A stretch of 64,000 nt of DNA from the NCBI GenBank assembly GCA_963787125.1, contig CAWBBV010000006.1, positions 220,725 through 284,724 on the forward strand, in the 5' to 3' direction. Source of the DNA: an uncultured delta proteobacterium. GTDB taxonomy: Bacteria; Desulfobacterota; Desulfuromonadia; Geobacterales; DSM-12255. Below the pieces are notes generated by a model. That model made no database searches. It was not told the origin of the DNA and saw only the letters and a list, made by a program, of their open reading frames with translations. The translations under genes were made by a program, and so were the position numbers. Positions 1-10,855 of the stretch are shown here, piece by piece. Within the stretch, counting starts at the first letter, position 1; every line of letters starts with the position of its first letter.

Positions 1-69
1 CAATCTTGATAAAAGATCCATAGAAAATCAAACTCCTACAAGGTAAGTACGGGTTCCGGAAGCATATTG

Positions 70-963
70 TTAACGCCCACTCACCCCTACCCCCGCCACA
101 ACAATCGGCATCTCAAACATGAACCCCAGATACGGCAACTCCCGCGCGGCCTTCTCGTAACTCATCATCCCTGAATAAACCGGCGACCGCTCACTTACAG
201 AGTTCTCCCGCGCTCGCTTCTGCCCCAACTCGCACAGGAGCGCCGCAAAGGCCGTCATCGGACAGAGAAGCAGGCCGAGCCTGGCAGCCCTGTATTTACG
301 GGCCAGCATGAACTTTACATAGTCCTGGTAGTAGGAGCGGGCATTGCCGAACTCCACCTCTACCCAGATGCCGTTCTTCTCGAAATCGCACTTGAGCCCC
401 AGTTCCGGCACAACCCGCTGCTCCCGCTGCCAGCCTCGATCAACTAATCCTGCGCTGATCAAACCGTTGTAGTCCGCCTGATTGAAAGCAGCATCATAAT
501 CCACCGCGGCCAGCGACTCCCTGATCTGGTGAATCTCTGTGATGCCCTCCATTTCCTGCCTCTCCAGGTGATGCAGCTGTAGAGCGCCGATCTGCAGGGC
601 TGGAGCGGTACTCTTCAAAATCGGCTTGAACAGGAAGGTGAACGGCGCAACCTCGACAATCTCCAGCAGGTTCCCTGCTACCGATCCGCCGAATACCGCA
701 GCCAGCCAGAGCCGCAGCCGCTCCTGTGACTTGTTTTCATAGCGGAACTGGAGATGGCCCGGTTTGTTGTTCAAGCGGCGTATCTCGGCCTTCACCGGTT
801 CTTCAGCACCGCAGAGTATTGTCACCGCGACCTTGCCGCCCTTCTCTATCGCCCGCAGCCGCTCCGTCTGCGCCTCAAGCGGAATCGTCACGCCGTACCT
901 GAAGGTGGACAGACCGACCGGGTGGAGGAACTTCAAGTTTTCAAACAAAGAAGGCTGCATCAT
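70..963 (-). CDS. Putative restriction endonuclease: C-terminal BglII/BstYI-like PD-(D/E)xK domain, uncharacterised N-terminal domain
   Basis: CDFEKNGIWVEVEFGN...YQDYVKF...GLLL motif typical of the BglII/BstYI family; overlaps the upstream HNH gene by 4 nt. Confidence 0.7.
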   Translation of the reverse strand: MMQPSLFENLKFLHPVGLSTFRYGVTIPLEAQTERLRAIEKGGKVAVTILCGAEEPVKAEIRRLNNKPGHLQFRYENKSQERLRLWLAAVFGGSVAGNLLEIVEVAPFTFLFKPILKSTAPALQIGALQLHHLERQEMEGITEIHQIRESLAAVDYDAAFNQADYNGLISAGLVDRGWQREQRVVPELGLKCDFEKNGIWVEVEFGNARSYYQDYVKFMLARKYRAARLGLLLCPMTAFAALLCELGQKRARENSVSERSPVYSGMMSYEKAARELPYLGFMFEMPIVVAGVGVSGR

Positions 964-1775
964 GTGTGCAAGAACACCTCTTCCCGGTGCATCTGCATAA
1001 ACTCGGCATCCGGTGGAAACTTCTCCGGCATCACGATCTGCTTCCCTTCGTAATCAAGGAAGTTACGCGCAAGCGAATCGTTCGGCAAATACTCTCGCAG
1101 ATAAGGGCTGAGTACAAGACGATACTCTTCGTCCAGAGTGATTAGCCCCTTGTCAAATGCAGCGTCCTGGGTCTGCGCAAGGCAAAGGCCATTCTGCGGA
1201 TTAAGACGCTGCTCCGGGTATTTGCCCCACGGGAGGATGTGGCTTGCCACTAATAGCGCCGGAACCGGATTTCCGGTAATGCAGCAGCAGCTGTTGTAGG
1301 AAGCGAGCACGCTTTGGCGAAAGAACTGCTGGCCGAGGCGTGTCTTTACCGAGACGATCTTTTCTGTCGGTCCGGAAGGTTCTGTGATAGGGAGCTTGAA
1401 TATGGATTGGCGGCGTGACGTGCTCTTTCCTGGCACAGCAGCCGGCTCCGCCACTTCGGTCTGCCCGATCAACAGTTGCAGCTGTTCTTCGCTGGTTACG
1501 CCATACTCTTCCCAATTGGCGGTGAACTCATTCCACGCTTCCCGATCAGCGCGACTTGCCCCCTGCAAACCCTTGATGCCACGGGCCTGATGGTACGGGT
1601 CGAGCGAGGCAAGGTTGCACAGCTTCATGGAAAGGCTGCTGGGCGTCCTGCCGAGCTTTTGCGCGACTTCGATGATCAGGGGGTTGCCATGGCGCAGCTG
1701 ACCAAAGGGAAGCTTGCAATACAGGTTCATTGCCAGCATCAACTCATCATGTGACCACGCTTTACCTTGTGCCAT
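960..1775 (-). CDS. HNH endonuclease (predicted restriction endonuclease)
   Basis: R.GQQFFRQSVLASY..CCITG....LLVASHILPW....NGLCL...D.AFDKGLI; N-terminal WSHDEL..A..LY..GRTPSS..MKL.NL domain. Confidence 0.85.
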   Translation of the reverse strand: MAQGKAWSHDELMLAMNLYCKLPFGQLRHGNPLIIEVAQKLGRTPSSLSMKLCNLASLDPYHQARGIKGLQGASRADREAWNEFTANWEEYGVTSEEQLQLLIGQTEVAEPAAVPGKSTSRRQSIFKLPITEPSGPTEKIVSVKTRLGQQFFRQSVLASYNSCCCITGNPVPALLVASHILPWGKYPEQRLNPQNGLCLAQTQDAAFDKGLITLDEEYRLVLSPYLREYLPNDSLARNFLDYEGKQIVMPEKFPPDAEFMQMHREEVFLHT

Positions 1776-1954
1776 TTACAGCCCTCAAAATCAAAAAAGC
1801 CGCTCCACCGGTCGATCCCGGCACAACGGCTTGCAGTCATCTATCTATGCCCATCTCCATCCACCCACTCCACACCACCTCATAAATTCGCTTAATTAAT
1901 ACACTTTGTCTATCTTGACGTCAATGCGATTTAATGGCACTTGAAACGGCCTTA

Positions 1955-2623
1955 TTACTGCTCTAACAATTTGCGGGCTAAGCTATGCAGCTCTGAGTTT
2001 GCTAATGCGACCACCTTTTTCTTAACTGAACGGGAATAATACTCCTGTTCAGTCTTGGACAAAGGGAGGCCTTCGAGTTTTTTCTTAAACAGATCCTTCT
2101 GTTTTGGCGAAAAGAGCTGAGAAAGGGCATACGCTAGAGAAAACTCCTCATACTTCTCCTTGCTCCGCCTGGTTTTATCAACGTTTTGTTCGAAGTACAG
2201 TTCAAACAGTTTCCTGAGACGCTTAGAGTCGAGTTCCTCATTATCCCAGGCTAGTGGTTGATTATGAGCTAGAGAGTTGCGCCACTCCTTTGCCTGAAAC
2301 TTGTCTTCATTGGAGAGTTTCTTTTTAAGCTTGGTCAACCACGGAAATGTCAGGTGGTAGGACGAGTACACGGATGAAGACAGGAGTAACAGCTTGTGAA
2401 AGTTATTCTTATCCTGGTCAGATAAAAGTCGCTCAACCAGTTCGGGGGTAAACTGGTAGTTTTCAGCGGCATTTACCAGCAGCACCGGAAATCCTTCCCA
2501 AAGACGGGTGTCATGGCTCTTAACCACATCTGCAAGAGTTTTATTAACATCCAGTTCCTCGCTTGGCTCAAGCATAGGAAAACCGAGCTTCGATAAGCTG
2601 TGCATCAGGTCATTGTTACTCAT
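1955..2623 (-). CDS. Hypothetical protein, coupled to the nucleotidyltransferase gene
   Basis: 222-aa ORF overlapping the stop of 2616..3218; AT-rich. Confidence 0.7.
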   Translation of the reverse strand: MSNNDLMHSLSKLGFPMLEPSEELDVNKTLADVVKSHDTRLWEGFPVLLVNAAENYQFTPELVERLLSDQDKNNFHKLLLLSSSVYSSYHLTFPWLTKLKKKLSNEDKFQAKEWRNSLAHNQPLAWDNEELDSKRLRKLFELYFEQNVDKTRRSKEKYEEFSLAYALSQLFSPKQKDLFKKKLEGLPLSKTEQEYYSRSVKKKVVALANSELHSLARKLLEQ

Positions 2624-3218
2624 AGAGACCCTTCTCCTTTAGCAATGCAACGAAATGCTCAATGTTTGGTTTCAGCCGACTTTCTGCCACGTCATAGCTG
2701 ACCATCTCATTGAAGTGCTCAATAAGCCCTGTTATGGATAAATCGGCTATATGGGCTTCAGCCAGAGCAAGGCAATCCGCAAAATCGACTCTTGTCCCAC
2801 GCATCAGCTTACTGGAAATCAGATCATAGTCGTTTAGGATGCCGATATAAAGGTGTGAGTACTCTTTTAAGAGAGTGTGCCTCCCCTCTTCCAATGGAGA
2901 TGTCAGCAGCCCGGTTGTATGAATGGAGTTCCCACGAAAGATATCAAACTGAAATTGTTCCCCTGGTCGCTGCCAGCCCGCATGAGTTACCGGTTCATAA
3001 TCCAACGCCTTGAGATTGTATATTAAATACTTATACTCACTGATACTCGGAACCATGAAATCTACATCTTTCGTCGACGGTTTGACTCCAAGCAGGGTCA
3101 TGGCTGTTCCACCACAAGCGATCAGGTGAACTTTGCGTCTGAGGACGCGGTTCCACTCCTCCATAATCTCAAGCAGCTGGTTTCTGTTTAGCCTGTAGTC
3201 CATTTTGTAGTTATCCAT
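2616..3218 (-). CDS. Nucleotidyltransferase, Pol-beta fold (DUF6036/AbiEii-like)
   Basis: LIACGGTAM...KPSTKDVDF (GG...T.DxD) and D..SKL.R....D..D motifs. Confidence 0.75.
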   Translation of the reverse strand: MDNYKMDYRLNRNQLLEIMEEWNRVLRRKVHLIACGGTAMTLLGVKPSTKDVDFMVPSISEYKYLIYNLKALDYEPVTHAGWQRPGEQFQFDIFRGNSIHTTGLLTSPLEEGRHTLLKEYSHLYIGILNDYDLISSKLMRGTRVDFADCLALAEAHIADLSITGLIEHFNEMVSYDVAESRLKPNIEHFVALLKEKGLYE

Positions 3219-3519
3219 ACAATATTTTGTACTTATTCATACAAACTCTTGTACAGTATTATACATTTAAACAATATTATTCAAGCTCAATTTGTGAGTT
3301 CCGGTTATCCCTTGTCTTGAGTGAAGTGGTAATGTCTGCCTTACCTCCAAACGAGTTACGAAGGTCAAGCGGTATCCATTGCCGATAATAAAAGTGACCA
3401 TTACGGTTAAGCAAATGCTTAGACATAAAAAAAACCTGCCTTCGGCACAGTCGTTAAACTGTGACAAAAACAGGTTCTCTCTAGTCGAAATCAAGCTAAC
3501 TTATTGATTTCATTATTAT

Positions 3520-3606
3520 TGGTGCGGTGGAATGGACTCGAACCATCACAGGGTTGCCCCCGCCAGCCCCTCAAGCTGGTGCGTCTACCAATTCCGCCAC
3601 CACCGC
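3520..3606 (-). tRNA. tRNA-Leu(GAG)
   Basis: Reverse complement GCGGTGGTGGCGGAATTGGTAGACGCACCAGCTTGAGGGGCTGG...GGTTCGAGTCCATTCCACCGCACCA; anticodon GAG, long variable arm, encoded CCA; follows secG. Confidence 0.97.
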
Positions 3607-3693
3607 ACAAAGAGGATATTCTGTTGTCAAACTGTCCTGCAAAAAGAAATGAATATGTACCTTAAGACAGCTGTTGCTGTCAACAAAAAACTG

Positions 3694-4068
3694 CTACTTT
3701 GCCGGTGCAGCCGGTGCCGGGGCTGGCTGGACAGGAGCAGTACCCTGGGGAGCGGCAGGTGCTGCCGGAGCTGTCTGCTGAGCCGGGGCAGCCGCTGGTG
3801 CCGGAGCAGATTTTCCTGACATTATCGAGGAACTTCTCCCGGTTGAAGAGAGATGAGCCAGGGTAAGTGAGGTCAGCATGAAGATTACCGCTGCGCCTGT
3901 TGTCATTTTGTTCATGAAGGTGTTGCCGCCACTGGCGCCGAAAACAGTCTGGCTGCCGCCTGCACCAAAGGATGCGCCCATTTCTGCGCCCTTGCCCGAC
4001 TGCAGCAGAACAATCCCTATCAAAGCGACACTGACAAAAATATGAAGAACTATGAGTACGTAATACAT
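3694..4068 (-). CDS. secG: Preprotein translocase subunit SecG
   Basis: LIGIVLLQSGKGAEMGASFGAGGSQTVFG motif; between tpiA and tRNA-Leu. Confidence 0.95.
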   Translation of the reverse strand: MYYVLIVLHIFVSVALIGIVLLQSGKGAEMGASFGAGGSQTVFGASGGNTFMNKMTTGAAVIFMLTSLTLAHLSSTGRSSSIMSGKSAPAPAAAPAQQTAPAAPAAPQGTAPVQPAPAPAAPAK

Positions 4069-4135
4069 AAGTTTTTTCCTTTATTGTCCCGTAACGGGAT
4101 TAAATTAAATAACACAACAAACACAAAAAACAAAG

Positions 4136-4894
4136 TTATTTTTGCGCAGCGTTAACCAGAGCGGCAAATGAATCCGCTTTGAGACTTGCTCCACCCACAA
4201 GAGCACCGTCAATGTCCGGTCTGGCTATCAGCCCGGCAATATTATCCGGTTTGACGCTGCCGCCATAAAGAATCCGCATATTGTCAGCCGCAGCGGTGGT
4301 GTACAGTTTCTTGAGTTCAGCGCGGATAAAGGCGTGAGCCTCCTGAGCCTGGTCGTCAGAAGCTGTCTTGCCGGTGCCGATCGCCCAGACAGGCTCATAA
4401 GCCACAATGACGCTGGCGAGATCTGTTTCGGGAACTGCTGTCAACCCGCCTTTAATCTGCCTTGCCAGGACATCAAAGGTGCGGTCGCTTTCACGTTCGG
4501 CCAGAGTTTCGCCGATACAGAGTAGCACAGTCAGTCCGGCAGCAACTGCCGCCTTGAGCTTTTTGTTAACGGTATCGTCGGTTTCGCCGAAATACTGGCG
4601 GCGCTCCGAATGGCCGATGATGACATGACTGCAGCCTGCATCCAGCAGCATTTTCGGGGAGATCTCCCCGGTAAAGGCGCCTTCTGCTTCCCAGTAGCAA
4701 TCCTGGGCTGAGAGTTTAACATTGCTGCCGGTGATGACGCTGTTGACGCTGTCCAGTACGGTGAATACCGGGGCGACGACTATTTCAACATTATCGGCGG
4801 CGGCGACAAGCGGGAGCAACCCGCTGACCAGCTCGACAGCCTCTGCTTTAGTTTTAAAAAGTTTCCAGTTACCGGCGATTACAGGTTTACGCAT
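4136..4894 (-). CDS. tpiA: Triose-phosphate isomerase
   Basis: [36 protein letters not shown]. Confidence 0.98.
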   Translation of the reverse strand: MRKPVIAGNWKLFKTKAEAVELVSGLLPLVAAADNVEIVVAPVFTVLDSVNSVITGSNVKLSAQDCYWEAEGAFTGEISPKMLLDAGCSHVIIGHSERRQYFGETDDTVNKKLKAAVAAGLTVLLCIGETLAERESDRTFDVLARQIKGGLTAVPETDLASVIVAYEPVWAIGTGKTASDDQAQEAHAFIRAELKKLYTTAAADNMRILYGGSVKPDNIAGLIARPDIDGALVGGASLKADSFAALVNAAQK

Positions 4895-4903
4895 TGAATC
4901 CTC

Positions 4904-6101
4904 CTATTTAACCTTTACGTCGAGAGCTTTGACTCCCGGCAGCACTTTACCTTCCAACAGTTCCAGAAAAGCGCCGCCACCGGTGGAGATGTAGCTGACC
5001 TTGCCGGCTACGCCGGCCTTGTGGACAGCAGCATCAGTATCGCCGCCGCCGATAACGGTCGTGGCATAGCAGTTACCGACTGACTCGGCCACCGAGAAAG
5101 TACCGCGGGCAAAAGCGTCCATTTCAAACACTCCCATCGGTCCGTTCCAGATAACGGTCTTGGCATCACGAAGCGTTTCGCTGAAAAGTGTCGCCGAGGC
5201 CGGGCCGATATCCAGCGCCATCCACCCTTCGGGGATCTCCTGAACGGTCGTTATGAAGTTGGTGGCTGTCGCTTCAAAAGCGTTGGCAACGACGCAGTCA
5301 ACCGGCAGGTAAAAGGTTACGCCCCGTTTTTTAGCCTTGTCCATAATCTTTTTGGCGGTCGCGATCAGTTCGTCCTCTACCAGCGACTTGCCGACCGAAT
5401 ACCCCATGGCTTTGAGAAAGGTAAAGGCCATGCCGCCGCCGATAACAATCTTGTCGACCTTGTTGACCAGTTTTTCCAGCACTTCAAGCTTGCCGGAAAC
5501 TTTAGCCCCGCCAAGAATCGCCACCAGCGGCCGCACCGGATTGCTCATTGCTTTATCGAAAAAGGTCATTTCGTTTTTCATCAGAAAGCCGGCAGCGATG
5601 GTCGGAATGATCTTTGTGATGGCCTCGACCGAGGCATGGGCGCGGTGGGAAACGGCAAAAGCGTCGTTGACGTAGATTTCGCAGCCGTTGACCAGCTGAG
5701 CGGCAAAGGCCGGATCATTCTTCTCTTCTCCAGGGTAAAAACGGACATTCTCCAGCATGACGACTTCGCCAGGTTTCATGGCGGCAATGAGAGCGTCAAC
5801 TTCAGGGCCGAAGCAGTCAGGCGCCTGGGTAACTTTTTTGCCGAGGAGCTGGGCAAGCCTTTTGGAGGCCGGAGCCATGGTGATACTTGGCCTTTTTCTC
5901 CCCTTTGGGACGTCCGAGATGTGATGCAAGCATCACTTTGGCTCCCTGTTCGATGGCATATTTGATCGTCGGGACAGCACCGGCAATCCGGCTGTCTTCG
6001 GTGATGTTTCCCTTGTCATCCTGGGGGATATTAAAGTCAACCCGGATGAAGACCTTCTTCCCTTTCAAGTCCTTGAGCTGGTCGATATAACGGATAGGCA
6101 T
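4904..6101 (-). CDS. pgk: Phosphoglycerate kinase, split by an apparent +1 frameshift at ~5882
   Basis: N-part [16 protein letters not shown]-part LENVRF, NDAF..HR, LGGAKV, WNGPMG, GGGDT, STGGGA. One extra base in AAG TAT C ACC ATG; AAGGAGG RBS before the ATG at 6101. Confidence 0.93.
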
Positions 6102-6121
6102 AAAAACCTCCTTGGTAGAAT

Positions 6122-6150
6122 AAAAAAAGAGGGGGAACATGTCCCCCTCC
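6122..6150 (-). terminator. Rho-independent terminator-like hairpin between gap and pgk
   Basis: Minus strand GAGGGGGACATGTTCCCCCTC followed by T7. Confidence 0.7.
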
Positions 6151-6169
6151 GTCTGCTTGCCAACTGCTG

Positions 6170-7219
<1,050 letters not shown>

Positions 7220-7419
7220 CTAAATAATATACAAATCTTTAGTTCATCGTCAATGGTTTTCCTTAAAAAATTCATATATGCACAGCAGGGCAACACGAAC
7301 AACTCCTGCTCAGCAGCCGGTCATCTGTAAATTTCCGGCAGCAGCAACCTCTGCTGCCTGGTCTACCTTCGGATCCGGGCCGTTACTTGAAGGGGCAGCT
7401 CTTGTTGCGTACTTTGGTT

Positions 7420-10400
7420 TCAATTCTGAATAACGATGCCGTCGAAGCTGACAGTTCCGGCGGTGATCGTGATGGAACCGTGAACCGTGGACAGCCCGGA
7501 AGCGGTCGTAAACCCGGCATCATAGCCGCCGATCAGGGTATATGTTACTGCCCGGTCCAGGGTCAGCACTTCGTAAAAATCACCGGTCATCAGGGCAAGA
7601 TCACCACCTTCCAGAACATTAATCAGACCGTCGCTGACTGTCCCAAAAGTGACGCCGTTCGCCTTGACACTCCCCCCGGGCACCAGAGTGTAGCCGGTGC
7701 CGCTAAGGGTGATATCGGTATTGGGTGCGTTGACATCACTGGCGGAGACCCTTAGCGTAGTGCTCTTTGCGCCGCTGCTGGTGGGGCTGAAGCTGACTGT
7801 CAGCGTGCAGCTTGTGCCCGGTTCCAGGCCCGGCGTCAGCGTACCGCAGGTGCCGCCGGCGCCGTTGCCCGGGTTGATGCTGTACTGGCCGGAAGCTGCC
7901 CCGGTCAGCACCATGGCGCTGATTTGCAGCGCACGGGAACCGTTGGCGGCGGTGTTGCTGATGGAGATGGTTTGACTGACCGTCCCCCCGCTGGCGATAT
8001 TGCCGAAATCTTTGGACAAAGGTGAAACCGCAATAACAGGATTACCGGACTGGCCGCCGCGAACCGGCCAGACATAGCCGACGTTGGTCCTGCCGTCGGC
8101 GTAGGTGAGGCCGTAATCCATACTGACGCCCCAGGCGCTGGTAGTACCGCCAGCGTTGATACTGGACGACCAGTAGAAGTACGCCTGAACATCAGTAAAC
8201 AGGTTATTATTCAGCCAGGTACCCGGGCTGTTTTCCGCTTTATTGAGCAGACTGCCAATTTCACTGATATTGGGAAGCCGCCAGTCACTATGCCCCTGAT
8301 AGTTACTGTTGTTCAGGCCATTAATATAATTCAGTGCGCCTTGCCAGGTTTTAGTCGGGTGAATAACACCTGCAATATTGCCGCTCTTGCTCCATATCAG
8401 ACCGGTCAGGTTATCAGTTACCGACTGATCGCCGTTATCGGAAAACCTGGGGGTTGGCCAGGCCGCGCCAAGCTGTAACTCACCATCCTGTCCTGTGCCA
8501 CTGCAGGATACGGCCAGATTGGACGCGTTGTAGCAGGTGGTCTGCCCGGTTTTCGCAATAACCGGATCACCGGACAATCCGGACTGTCCGCCGCGAACCG
8601 GCCAGACATAAAAGTTGAGGGTCTTGGTGTTCATGCCCACGTAGCCATTGTTCATAGCGACGCCCCAGGCGTAGATGGCAAGGCCGGCGACGGTACTGGA
8701 CGACCAGTAGAAGTTAGCGCTGGCGGCGGTAAAACCACCACTGTTCAACCAGTCAGCCTGATTTCCCGCCCCGCGACTGATCAAGCTCTGCAGCTCATTA
8801 ATATCAGGCAGGCGCCAGTCATTGTGCCCCTGATAGTTACTGCCGTTAAGATTCTTGATATAGTCCAGCGCTTCATGCCAGTTTTTTGTGCCACTGGCAA
8901 TATTCCCGTTCTTGCTCCAGATCAGCCCGCTCAGGTTGTCGGTTACCGTCTGGTCACCATTATCCGTAATGCGGGGGACGGGCGCAACAAGGCCCATCCG
9001 CAGCTCCCCGTCCTGGCCGGTCCCTGCGCAGCCGGTGGGTGCACCGGCTGCGTCGAAACAGGCGCTCTGGCCGGTCTGGGGGATCTGCACGACAGCACCC
9101 CCCTGCTTATAGGCGACACAGTCTGCATCCGGGCCGTTGCTTGCTCCCTGGCAGATCCAGCTCCAGGGGCCGGTACCTGTGACGCTGGTCGGTGTGCCGG
9201 AGTTGCAGAGATTGGCTGCCGGTGCAGTGGTGACTATGGAAGTGTGGCTGCTGCCGCAGGTCTGGATAAAGGTGGCAGTAACTGCTTTTGCAGCGTCCAT
9301 GGTGAGCTGACAGCTGCCACTACCGCTGCAGGGGCTGCTCCAGCCGCTAAAGCTGTAGCCGGCTGCTGCGGTGGCCGTCAGGGTGACAGCGGTATCGATA
9401 TCGAAGGACTGGCTGCAGCTGCCGCGGCAGTCCACGCCTGGCGGCTTGGGAAGGACTGTCACCTTCTCGTCACCACTGCCGGCAAAGGTGATGGTCAGCG
9501 GGTAGGTGATCGTGGTGAAGGTGAAGCCGACGGTGCAGTTGGCCGTGACAGCGCCGGTGGTGTAATCGTTACCGTTCCAGGAGCCTGGCGGGCAGTCGCC
9601 GCTGACACTGCCTGCCGGCTGATAGGTGGCAGCCGGGGTCAGAGTGAAAGTCGCGCCGGCGCCGCTTGCCACGGTAAGCGGATTGGTGGTGGCGATAGTG
9701 CCGTTGCCGCCACTGACGCTGGCGGTGGCAGTGTAGTACATGACCCCTGTTCCGGACAGCGCGATATCGATGTTGGGCGCATTCGCATCACTGCCGGAAA
9801 CCCGCAAAGTGGCGCTTTTGGCACCGGCGCTCGTCGGGCTGAAGCTGACCGCGACGGTGCAGGAAGCGCCAGGGGGGAGCAGCGGCGTTTTGCTGCCGCA
9901 GCTGCCGCCGGTACCGTCACCAGGATTTATATTGAACTGGCCGGGATCGGTACCGCGCAAGTCGATGGCGCTAAGTTGCAGCTTGCTGGCGCCACCAGCA
10001 GCGCTGTTACTGACCGTAACAGTCTGGCTGCTACTGCTGCTGACCGCAACATCACCATATGTGCCGGCTGCAGGCAGAACCGAAATAACCGGATTACCGA
10101 ACAGCCCCCCGCGAACCGGCCAGACATAGTGTCCGCTGGCCTTAAGGTAGCTGTAGACGGTGCCATTGTCCAGATTGACAACCCAGGCGGAGGTAGTACT
10201 GCCAGCGTAGGTAGTGGACGACCAGTAGTGCGCCTGGACGGCATTAAAAGGATGACCGTCAGGCAGTGCAGGGGTGTATTTTGAGGCGTCTAACAGGCTC
10301 TGCAACTCCGTGCGATCAGGCAGACGCCAGTCAGCGGCGCTGGAGCCGTCGGTCAGACTGCAATTGCCACTCGCCAGACCGTTACTCCAGGTGAGGGCAT

Positions 10401-10695
10401 TGGCCCAGGTGAGGGAGCCGCTTGCCTTGACTATCCCGCCGACAGTGTCAGTACAGTCGGCGTTCAAAAGCCATATAAGGCCGGTGAGATTATCGCTCAC
10501 CGTGCCGTTGCCATTCGAGGTAAAGCGGGAAGCCGGCCAGGGGAGACCGGGTTTTAAATCCCCATCGTCACCTGGGTCATATGTTACGCTCTGGCCGGTT
10601 TCCGGAACAACGGCTTGCAGCGCCAGGGCTGAACCGTAATCAAGTAACAGGCTGCCGGCAAGTAAACAGCTCAGAAGAAAATATCTGTGATTCAT
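7420..10695 (-). CDS. Secreted/surface protein with three DUF1566 (C-type lectin-like) domains, two choice-of-anchor-D/Ig-like domains and a B-repeat-like domain
   Basis: Signal peptide from the ATG at 10695; 3x (TDNL.GLIW...W..AL...DWRLP...EL...YWSS...YVWPVRGG); 2x CG...L.PG.SCT..VSFSPTS.GAKS. Confidence 0.85.
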   Translation of the reverse strand: MNHRYFLLSCLLAGSLLLDYGSALALQAVVPETGQSVTYDPGDDGDLKPGLPWPASRFTSNGNGTVSDNLTGLIWLLNADCTDTVGGIVKASGSLTWANALTWSNGLASGNCSLTDGSSAADWRLPDRTELQSLLDASKYTPALPDGHPFNAVQAHYWSSTTYAGSTTSAWVVNLDNGTVYSYLKASGHYVWPVRGGLFGNPVISVLPAAGTYGDVAVSSSSSQTVTVSNSAAGGASKLQLSAIDLRGTDPGQFNINPGDGTGGSCGSKTPLLPPGASCTVAVSFSPTSAGAKSATLRVSGSDANAPNIDIALSGTGVMYYTATASVSGGNGTIATTNPLTVASGAGATFTLTPAATYQPAGSVSGDCPPGSWNGNDYTTGAVTANCTVGFTFTTITYPLTITFAGSGDEKVTVLPKPPGVDCRGSCSQSFDIDTAVTLTATAAAGYSFSGWSSPCSGSGSCQLTMDAAKAVTATFIQTCGSSHTSIVTTAPAANLCNSGTPTSVTGTGPWSWICQGASNGPDADCVAYKQGGAVVQIPQTGQSACFDAAGAPTGCAGTGQDGELRMGLVAPVPRITDNGDQTVTDNLSGLIWSKNGNIASGTKNWHEALDYIKNLNGSNYQGHNDWRLPDINELQSLISRGAGNQADWLNSGGFTAASANFYWSSSTVAGLAIYAWGVAMNNGYVGMNTKTLNFYVWPVRGGQSGLSGDPVIAKTGQTTCYNASNLAVSCSGTGQDGELQLGAAWPTPRFSDNGDQSVTDNLTGLIWSKSGNIAGVIHPTKTWQGALNYINGLNNSNYQGHSDWRLPNISEIGSLLNKAENSPGTWLNNNLFTDVQAYFYWSSSINAGGTTSAWGVSMDYGLTYADGRTNVGYVWPVRGGQSGNPVIAVSPLSKDFGNIASGGTVSQTISISNTAANGSRALQISAMVLTGAASGQYSINPGNGAGGTCGTLTPGLEPGTSCTLTVSFSPTSSGAKSTTLRVSASDVNAPNTDITLSGTGYTLVPGGSVKANGVTFGTVSDGLINVLEGGDLALMTGDFYEVLTLDRAVTYTLIGGYDAGFTTASGLSTVHGSITITAGTVSFDGIVIQN

Positions 10696-10855
10696 GAATC
10701 GTACCTCAGTAAATGACCGATAACTACTGTCCGCCGCGAACAGGCCAGACATATACGCCGGAGTTAGTCTTAAAGTTGGCGTCAACGACACCACTGTTCA
10801 TAGAAATGTACAATGCTTTGGCCGTATCGCCGGCGTAGGTAGTGGACGACCAGTA
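8054..10855 (-). repeat. Four related ~122-bp cassettes (8054-8175, 8588-8709, 10106-10227, 10731-10855), DGR variable-region-like
   Basis: Each runs TACTGGTCGTCC...TATGTCTGGCC(G/T)GTTCGCGG; aligned internal codons vary at positions 1-2 and largely keep C/T at position 3. Confidence 0.75.

Noticed and set aside
8824..10284. Long antisense ORFs (8824-10284, 13837-15015, 41974-43014, 50064-51383, 61066-62076 and others)
   Set aside because: Shadow frames of well-supported genes on the opposite strand in GC-rich DNA; no motifs of their own.
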